Assembly: GCA_036488935.1 (NCBI GenBank)
Contig: DASXGR010000047.1
Span: forward strand, 150-64,149
DNA: 64,000 nt
Direction of reading: 5' to 3'
Origin: Caulobacteraceae bacterium
GTDB taxonomy: Bacteria > Pseudomonadota > Alphaproteobacteria > Caulobacterales > Caulobacteraceae
In this document: piece after piece, positions 57,918 through 64,000 of the stretch
Position numbering within the stretch: position 1 is the first letter of the stretch
Layout of the letters: each line of letters opens with the position of its first letter
The notes under the pieces: model-generated
Seen by the model: only the letters and a program-made list of their open reading frames with translations
What the model was told of the DNA's origin: nothing
The model's database searches: none
Translations under genes and position numbers: made by a program

Positions 57918-58238
57918 TCAGTGCTGGCTTTCGGGCATCCGCACGACCAGGCCGTCGAGGCCGTCGGTCACGTTGATCTGGCACGACAGGCGCGAATTGG
58001 GAGCGACGTTCTCGGCGAAGTCCAGCATCGACTCTTCCATCGCCGACTTGTCACCGGTCTTCGGCAGCCAGGCCTCATCGACATAAACGTGGCAGGTGGC
58101 GCAGGCGCAGGCGCCGCCGCAGTCGGCGTCGATGCCCGGAATGTTGTTCTTCACCGCGCCTTCCATGACGGACATGCCCGGCTTCACGTCGACAACGTGC
58201 TCCGCCCCGTTGAACTCGATGTAGGTGATCTTGGCCAT
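57918..58238 (-). CDS. [2Fe-2S] ferredoxin, adrenodoxin/putidaredoxin type
   Basis: [15 protein letters not shown] ... SRLSCQI. Confidence 0.96.
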   Translation of the reverse strand: MAKITYIEFNGAEHVVDVKPGMSVMEGAVKNNIPGIDADCGGACACATCHVYVDEAWLPKTGDKSAMEESMLDFAENVAPNSRLSCQINVTDGLDGLVVRMPESQH

Positions 58239-58279
58239 GGCCCTCCCCGAACTCCCTGAGTGCAAAAGCGCCCCGCCGG

Positions 58280-59509
58280 TCAGGCGGCGACCTCTTTCAT
58301 GGAAACCGATGTGTCTGCAAGCTTCGCGCGTGAGACGCTGCGTCGCTGGCCAATGAGCTGACGGCCCGCCATGAACTCGGCGGGGGCGTTGACCGCCTCC
58401 ACGGCCTGGATCTTGTCACCGCAGAGGTGGAAGACCGCGAATTTGGCGGTAGCTGGATCGCCTCGCACGATGACGTCGTCCACGTCGAACGGCAGGCCGG
58501 CGAACTGGTACTTGAGGTCGTACTGGTCGGACCAGTTCCAGGTAACCTCATGGGCCGGAGCCGGGCGGCCGACGATGGCGCTGGCGGCCTGCCGCGCCTG
58601 CTCGAGGGCGTTAGCCACGCTCTCGAGGCGGAACATGCGATCGTACATCGGCACCGGCCGGTGGGTGACGTCGCCGATGGCGAAGATGGCAGGATCAGAG
58701 GTGCGGGCGTGCTCGTCGACCACGATGCCGCCGGCGCATTCGAGGCCCGCCTCACGCGCCAGATCGTCGTTGGGCGTGGCGCCGATCCCAACGAGAGCAG
58801 CGTCACAGGCGACAGTCTCACCCGATCCGAGACGGACGCCGGTGATGTGACCGCCTTCGCCCACGAAGGAGTCCACCACGGCGTCCAGCCGAAATTCGAC
58901 CCCGCGGGCGCGATGGTAGTCGGTGAAGAAGTCGGAAAGGATCTGGCACGAGACCCGGGCGAGGATCCGCGGCTCCCGTTCGATAACCACCGCCTCACCG
59001 CCGAGGGCCCGCGCCGAGGCCGCGGCCTCCAGACCGATGTAGCCGCCCCCGATCACGGCCAGCCGCTTGCCCGGCCCCAGCACCGCCTTGAGCCCCTCGG
59101 CGTCTGCGGCCGAGCGCAGGACCATGACGCCCTCGAGGTCAGAACCCGGGACGGGCAGGGGGCGCGCCCGCGCGCCGGTCGCGATGATCAGGAAACCATA
59201 CGGAAGGACGCGACCGTCGGAGAAGGTGATGGTCTTCGCTTCGCGTGAGATGGCGACGATCTTCACGCCGAGGATGAGATCGATGTCCGCCTGGGCGTAG
59301 AAGCTCTCGGGCTTGAGCGCGAGGCTGTCGGCGTCGGCCTCTCCCTTCAGCCAGGCCTTCGACAGCGGAGGGCGCTGGTAGGGCGCGATGGGTTCCTCGC
59401 CCACCATGACGATCGGCTTGTCGTAGCCGTACTGCCGCAACTGGGCCGCGGCCGTTCCGCCCGCGTGACCGGCTCCGACAATGATGACGCCTGCGTCGCC
59501 TTCTCCCAT
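58280..59509 (-). CDS. FAD-dependent ferredoxin reductase (putidaredoxin reductase-like)
   Basis: [54 protein letters not shown]. Confidence 0.95.
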   Translation of the reverse strand: MGEGDAGVIIVGAGHAGGTAAAQLRQYGYDKPIVMVGEEPIAPYQRPPLSKAWLKGEADADSLALKPESFYAQADIDLILGVKIVAISREAKTITFSDGRVLPYGFLIIATGARARPLPVPGSDLEGVMVLRSAADAEGLKAVLGPGKRLAVIGGGYIGLEAAASARALGGEAVVIEREPRILARVSCQILSDFFTDYHRARGVEFRLDAVVDSFVGEGGHITGVRLGSGETVACDAALVGIGATPNDDLAREAGLECAGGIVVDEHARTSDPAIFAIGDVTHRPVPMYDRMFRLESVANALEQARQAASAIVGRPAPAHEVTWNWSDQYDLKYQFAGLPFDVDDVIVRGDPATAKFAVFHLCGDKIQAVEAVNAPAEFMAGRQLIGQRRSVSRAKLADTSVSMKEVAA

Positions 59510-59609
59510 GGCCGCCTCCGATGCCGTCAAAAGCGGGCGCGGTCAACGTGGGAGACACAGCGTCTTGATGGCCGCGGCTGAGTGTGGCGACATACGCCGC
59601 GTGATCGGG

Positions 59610-59867
59610 ATGCGAAAAATTACGGCTTTCCTGCCAGTTCAAGATCTCGAGGCGGCGCTGCGGAATTCCGGCGAAGGGATTTCCGAAACACTTCGCAAGG
59701 CGCTCCGGCAGTACAACCATCGGGCTGCGAGCCAGCGCCTCCTGGCGGCGCAGGGGCAGGTCCCATTCGAGCGCGACTGGCGCGATCTCCGCGGGAAGGA
59801 CGAGGGCGGCGCTGGGCGCGCCGCCGCTAACGCCATCACACGACCCGGTCGACCAACATCACTTTGA
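59610..59867 (+). CDS. Orphan VapB-like ribbon-helix-helix antitoxin
   Basis: [35 protein letters not shown]...[23 protein letters not shown] resembles VapB32-type antitoxins; no PIN toxin follows. Confidence 0.6.
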   Translation: MRKITAFLPVQDLEAALRNSGEGISETLRKALRQYNHRAASQRLLAAQGQVPFERDWRDLRGKDEGGAGRAAANAITRPGRPTSL

Positions 59868-60618
59868 TTTCGGAGATCGCCTTGGCGGGGTTCAGACCCT
59901 TCGGGCAGACCTGGGCGCAGTTCATGATCGTGTGGCAGCGGTAGAGCTTGAACGGGTCCTCGAGGTTGTCGAGGCGCTCGCCCGTAGCTTCGTCGCGGCT
60001 GTCGACCAGCCAGCGGCGGGCCTGAAGGAGGGCGGCGGGGCCGAGGTACTTCTCGCCGTTCCACCAGTAGCTGGGGCAGGAGGTCGAGCAGCAGGCGCAC
60101 AGGATGCACTCGTAGAGACCGTCGAGCTTCTGCCGGTCCTCCTCCGACTGCCGCCACTCGGTCTCCGGCTGCGGCGTCTCGGTGTGCAGCCACGGCTCGA
60201 TCGACGCGTACTGGGCGTAGAAATGCGTCAGGTCGGGGACGAGGTCCTTGATCACCGGCATGTGCGGCAAGGGCGAGATCTGGACATCCTTGCCCGGGAC
60301 CTCCTCCCAACCGTGCGTGCAGGCCAGGGTGTTGCGCCCGCCGATGTTCATCGAGCACGACCCACAGACGCCCTCGCGACAGGAGCGCCGGAACGCGAGG
60401 GTCGAGTCCATCGTGTTCTTGATGTGCAGCAGGACATCCAGGACCATGGGTCCGCAGGCCGCGACATCAACATCGTAGGTGTCCCAGACGGGATTGCCTG
60501 ATCCTTCCGGATCCCAACGGTAGACCCTGAAGGTCTTCACCTTCTTGGCGCCGGCCGGCGCCGGGTAGTGGCGACCTTTGCCGACGCGCGAATTCTTCGG
60601 GAGATTGAGCTGGACCAT
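59836..60618 (-). CDS. sdhB: Succinate dehydrogenase iron-sulfur subunit
   Basis: [51 protein letters not shown]. Confidence 0.98.
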   Translation of the reverse strand: MVQLNLPKNSRVGKGRHYPAPAGAKKVKTFRVYRWDPEGSGNPVWDTYDVDVAACGPMVLDVLLHIKNTMDSTLAFRRSCREGVCGSCSMNIGGRNTLACTHGWEEVPGKDVQISPLPHMPVIKDLVPDLTHFYAQYASIEPWLHTETPQPETEWRQSEEDRQKLDGLYECILCACCSTSCPSYWWNGEKYLGPAALLQARRWLVDSRDEATGERLDNLEDPFKLYRCHTIMNCAQVCPKGLNPAKAISEIKVMLVDRVV

Positions 60619-60627
60619 CTGCGTCTT

Positions 60628-62415
60628 TCAGTAAACGCGCGCCTTGGGCGGGATGTAGGCGACGTCGTTGGTCATGGTGTAGCTGTGCACCGGGCGGTAA
60701 TCGATCGTCACATGACCGCTGGCGTCGTCGAACCAGGTGAGGGTGTGCTTCATCCAGTTCGCGTCGTCGCGACTAGAGAAGTCCTCCCGGGCGTGGGCGC
60801 CGCGGCTCTCGGTGCGGTTGGCCGCCCCGGCGACGGTGACGATCGCCTGACCGATCAGGTTCTCGAACTCGAGGGTCTCGACCAGATCCGTGTTCCAGAT
60901 CATGCCGCGGTCGGTGACGCGGAGGTCACGTCGCTTGGCCTGGACGTCGGCCAGGCGTTTCTTGCCGCTCTCGAGGGTCTCGCCGGTACGGAACACCGCC
61001 GCGTCCTCCTGGGTGGCGCGCTGCATCTCCAGGCGAAGATCGGCAGTGGGCGTTGAGCCGGAGGCATTGCGCAGGCGATCGAAGCGCTCGAGGTGGGGCT
61101 CGGTCCAGGCGTCCTGGACCTCGCGCAGGGTGGCGCCGGGCTTGAGCACCTCGCCGCAGCGAAGGCCGATGGAGCGCCCGAACACCACCAGGTCGATCAG
61201 GGAGTTGGAGCCCAGGCGATTGGCGCCGTGCACGCTCACACAGGCCGCCTCACCCACAGCCATCAGGCCGGGAACCACGGCATCGGGATTGTCGCCGTCT
61301 ACGGTAACCACCTCGCCGAAGAAGTTCGTCTGGATGCCGCCCATGTTGTAGTGGACGGTGGGAAGGACGGGGATCGGCTCCTTGGTCACGTCGACGCCGG
61401 CGAAGATCTTCGCGGTCTCGGAGATGCCGGGCAGGCGCTCGTGCAGCACCTTCGGGTCCAGGTGGTCGAGGTGCAGGAAGATGTGGTCCTTGTTCGGACC
61501 CACGCCCCGTCCCTCGCGAATCTCGATCGTCATGGCCCGGCTGACCATGTCGCGCGGCGCGAGGTCCTTCACGGAAGGCGCGTAGCGCTCCATGAATCGC
61601 TCGCCCTCTGAATTGGTGAGATAGCCGCCCTCGCCCCGGGCGCCCTCGGTGATCAGGCAGCCGGCGCCGTAGATGCCGGTGGGGTGGAACTGCACGAACT
61701 CCATGTCCTGCAGCGGCAGGCCGGCGCGCAGGACCATCCCCCCGCCGTCGCCGGTGCAGGTATGGGCGCTGGTGCAGGAGAAATAGGCCCGGCCGTAGCC
61801 TCCGGTGGCCAGGACGACCCGCTGGGCCGAGAACCGGTGCAGGGTCCCGTCGTCCAGCTTCCAGGCGGTGACGCCCCGGCACGTCCCCTCATCCATGATC
61901 AGGTCGAGGGCGAAGTACTCGATAAAGAAGTCCACGTCGCGGCTGAGCGCCTGGCCGTACATGGTGTGCAGCATGGCGTGGCCGGTGCGGTCGGCGGCGG
62001 CGCAGGTGCGCTGGATCGGCGCCTCGCCAAAGTTGCGCGTCATGCCGCCGAAAGCGCGCTGATAGATCTTGCCTTCCGGCGTGCGCGAGAACGGCACGCC
62101 CCAGTGCTCCAGCTCGTAGACGGCGGCCGGCGCGTTCCGCACGAGGTACTCGATCGCGTCCTGGTCGCCGAGCCAGTCGGAGCCCTTGACGGTGTCGTAC
62201 ATGTGCCAGCGCCAGTCGTCCTGGCCCATGTTGCCGAGGCTTGCGGAGATGCCGCCCTGGGCTGCGACCGTGTGCGAGCGCGTGGGGAAGACCTTGGTGA
62301 TGCAGGCGGTCTTCAGGCCGGCTGCGGCGCAGCCGATCGCCGCGCGCAGACCCGAGCCGCCGGCGCCCACGACGACGACGTCGAACTTGTGGTCGATGAA
62401 CTTGTAGGCGGCCAC
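60628..62415 (-). CDS. sdhA: Succinate dehydrogenase flavoprotein subunit
   Basis: [49 protein letters not shown]. Confidence 0.98.
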   Translation of the reverse strand: MAAYKFIDHKFDVVVVGAGGSGLRAAIGCAAAGLKTACITKVFPTRSHTVAAQGGISASLGNMGQDDWRWHMYDTVKGSDWLGDQDAIEYLVRNAPAAVYELEHWGVPFSRTPEGKIYQRAFGGMTRNFGEAPIQRTCAAADRTGHAMLHTMYGQALSRDVDFFIEYFALDLIMDEGTCRGVTAWKLDDGTLHRFSAQRVVLATGGYGRAYFSCTSAHTCTGDGGGMVLRAGLPLQDMEFVQFHPTGIYGAGCLITEGARGEGGYLTNSEGERFMERYAPSVKDLAPRDMVSRAMTIEIREGRGVGPNKDHIFLHLDHLDPKVLHERLPGISETAKIFAGVDVTKEPIPVLPTVHYNMGGIQTNFFGEVVTVDGDNPDAVVPGLMAVGEAACVSVHGANRLGSNSLIDLVVFGRSIGLRCGEVLKPGATLREVQDAWTEPHLERFDRLRNASGSTPTADLRLEMQRATQEDAAVFRTGETLESGKKRLADVQAKRRDLRVTDRGMIWNTDLVETLEFENLIGQAIVTVAGAANRTESRGAHAREDFSSRDDANWMKHTLTWFDDASGHVTIDYRPVHSYTMTNDVAYIPPKARVY

Positions 62416-62416
62416 G

Positions 62417-62806
62417 TCAGGCTCCCGCGCCGAAGGCGATCTTGAGGATGCTGACGGTGGCGATCACCGCCGCGGCCCAGCCCACGAAGGTGTTGAGCAG
62501 GAGTAGCGCGGCCTTGGTCAGCGGCTTTTCGATGTAGTCCTCGATGATCACGCGCATGCCGAGCATCGCGTGATAGAGGCCGACGACCACCGTCAGTATG
62601 GCGATGGCCGCATGCACCGGCGAGGCGAGGATGGAGCGCGCCGCGTCGTATCCGCCGCGCGCCACCGCCAGGGCGACCCAGACGAGCCAGATCGTGAGGA
62701 GGATCAGGGCGACCGAGCTCACCCGCTCGGCGATAAAGTGACCCACGCCATGCTTGGCGGAGCCCAGGCCCCGTGCTCGCGACAGGCCCGTGCGATAGAG
62801 GCTCAT
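62417..62806 (-). CDS. sdhD: Succinate dehydrogenase hydrophobic anchor subunit
   Basis: [32 protein letters not shown]; start ATG 62806. Confidence 0.95.
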   Translation of the reverse strand: MSLYRTGLSRARGLGSAKHGVGHFIAERVSSVALILLTIWLVWVALAVARGGYDAARSILASPVHAAIAILTVVVGLYHAMLGMRVIIEDYIEKPLTKAALLLLNTFVGWAAAVIATVSILKIAFGAGA

Positions 62807-63216
62807 GACGCGCTCCCTTGGCCAAGGTGAGCGACTACAAAGACGACGATCGCGGCGACCACGGCGAAGATGAAGGCGGCAATGGCGCTGGCGCTGGCGG
62901 TTCGCGGCATGAAGCCCTTGCCGAAGTCCCAGAACAGATGTCGCAATCCCGCGGCGAGGTGGAAGAACAGGCACACGGCGATGCCGAAGAGGACGATCTG
63001 GCCGGGAATTGAGGCAAGGATGCTGCAATAGGCGCCGTAGGCGTCCGGTCCACCCGCCAGGGCCAGGGCCCAACCGGCGAAGATCAACCAGCCGACATAG
63101 AGACCCACGCCGGTGACGCGGTTGAAGATCGAGGCCGCCATGGTGACGTGCCAGCGCCACACGTCGGTAAAGGGCGAGAGCGGGCGTTCACGCAGGCCCG
63201 GGGTAGCGTCGGCCAT
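62803..63216 (-). CDS. sdhC: Succinate dehydrogenase cytochrome b556 subunit
   Basis: RPLSP, SIFNRVTG, FHLAAGLRHLFWDFG. Confidence 0.95.
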   Translation of the reverse strand: MADATPGLRERPLSPFTDVWRWHVTMAASIFNRVTGVGLYVGWLIFAGWALALAGGPDAYGAYCSILASIPGQIVLFGIAVCLFFHLAAGLRHLFWDFGKGFMPRTASASAIAAFIFAVVAAIVVFVVAHLGQGSAS

Positions 63217-63273
63217 CTGTTGTCTCAAACCCTCCGCAGTTCGGGCGCTATCTAGGCCGCACGGACACGCTAA

Positions 63274-64000
63274 TCAACGAACCGCCGCCAGCCAGTCCTC
63301 GGAGCGCATTTCCTCGAGGCGCGAGGCTGCGCGCTCGAATTCGAACGCCTGGTCGCCGTCGGGATAGATCGCCCCCGGCTCGGCCTGGGCCAGCACAGCC
63401 AGGCGCGAGCGCGCCTCGTAGAGCGCGTCGATCAGGGTCGCCAGCCGCCGGGCTTCATTTCGCTTTTCCGGGCGAAGGCGCGGCACCCCCTCCAGGAAGA
63501 CCGTGTGGAATCGCTCTGCGAGGGCGAGATAGTCCTCGGGCCCGCGAGGATGCACGCAGGCCTCCTCGAAGGTGACGCGCAGCATTCCGGCCGCGGCGCG
63601 CGCGAAGACCTCCCTCCGCCCCAGCACCTCCAGGGTCGCAGGCGCTTCAGCCTCGCCGTCGAGCAGCTCCTGCCAGAGGTGGTCAAAGGCGCGCCGATTG
63701 TCTGGATCATCGGGCGAGAACCAGGTCCCGGCGGCGCGGAGACGCCTCACCCGGTAGTCCCGCTCGCCCGGGACCTCCACCACCTCGAGCCGCGACGTGA
63801 TCATGTCGATGAACGGAACGAAGAGCTGCCGGTTGAGGCCGTCCTTGTAGAGATCCCAGGGCGGCCGGTTGGACGTCGCCACAAGGGTCACACCGCGCTC
63901 AAACAGGGCTTCGAACAGCCGCCCGAGGATCATGGCGTCGGCGATGTCGCTGACCTGCAGTTCGTCGAAGCAGAGCAGACGGCCCTCGGCGGCGATCATG
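63274..64000 (-). CDS. zapE: ZapE/AFG1-family ATPase, C-terminal part (truncated by window end)
   Basis: LLCFDELQV.DIADAMILGRLF, LVATSNRPP..LYKDGLNRQLF, RDYR, DYL.LA..F, NEARR...LID.LYE, FERAASRL.EM. Confidence 0.93.
   Translation of the reverse strand, partial: MIAAEGRLLCFDELQVSDIADAMILGRLFEALFERGVTLVATSNRPPWDLYKDGLNRQLFVPFIDMITSRLEVVEVPGERDYRVRRLRAAGTWFSPDDPDNRRAFDHLWQELLDGEAEAPATLEVLGRREVFARAAAGMLRVTFEEACVHPRGPEDYLALAERFHTVFLEGVPRLRPEKRNEARRLATLIDALYEARSRLAVLAQAEPGAIYPDGDQAFEFERAASRLEEMRSEDWLAAVR

Overview
GC-rich alphaproteobacterial chromosome segment. Protein sequences and gene order point to Caulobacteraceae (Phenylobacterium/Caulobacter-like); this is an inference. The right third (46.6-64 kb) is mostly core genome: cobS, J-domain gene, bolA, single-domain response regulator, hlyC/corC, aroB, aroK, xerD, accA, ferredoxin and its reductase, sdhCDAB and a partial zapE. 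A few accessory genes sit in between (SDR, CocE/NonD hydrolase, orphan VapB-like antitoxin). The left two thirds are accessory: secreted hydrolase, PQQ dehydrogenase, copCD, LysR with an EmrAB-OMF efflux pump, a PaoABC-like molybdoenzyme followed by a rubredoxin missing from the ORF track, and a five-GAF HisKA_3 kinase with a recent internal duplication. Two catabolic modules stand out. (1) An ~11 kb block (26.3-37.2 kb) bounded by direct repeats of an MFS gene 3' end; it carries a CYP108-like P450, an acyl-CoA ligase, SDRs, an AKR, two CrtC/AttH-like hypothetical proteins and shared operator-like motifs. (2) A LacI-controlled locus (37.2-46.5 kb) with two atypical amidohydrolases, an intradiol dioxygenase, an SDR, a beta-keto acid cleavage enzyme, a QOR-type reductase and a cupin lacking its metal-binding His residues; it looks like a non-canonical aromatic ring-cleavage pathway. 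Three non-coding inverted-repeat elements are present. No rRNA, tRNA, CRISPR array, transposase or phage genes were seen. All family assignments come from motif recognition by eye, not from database searches.
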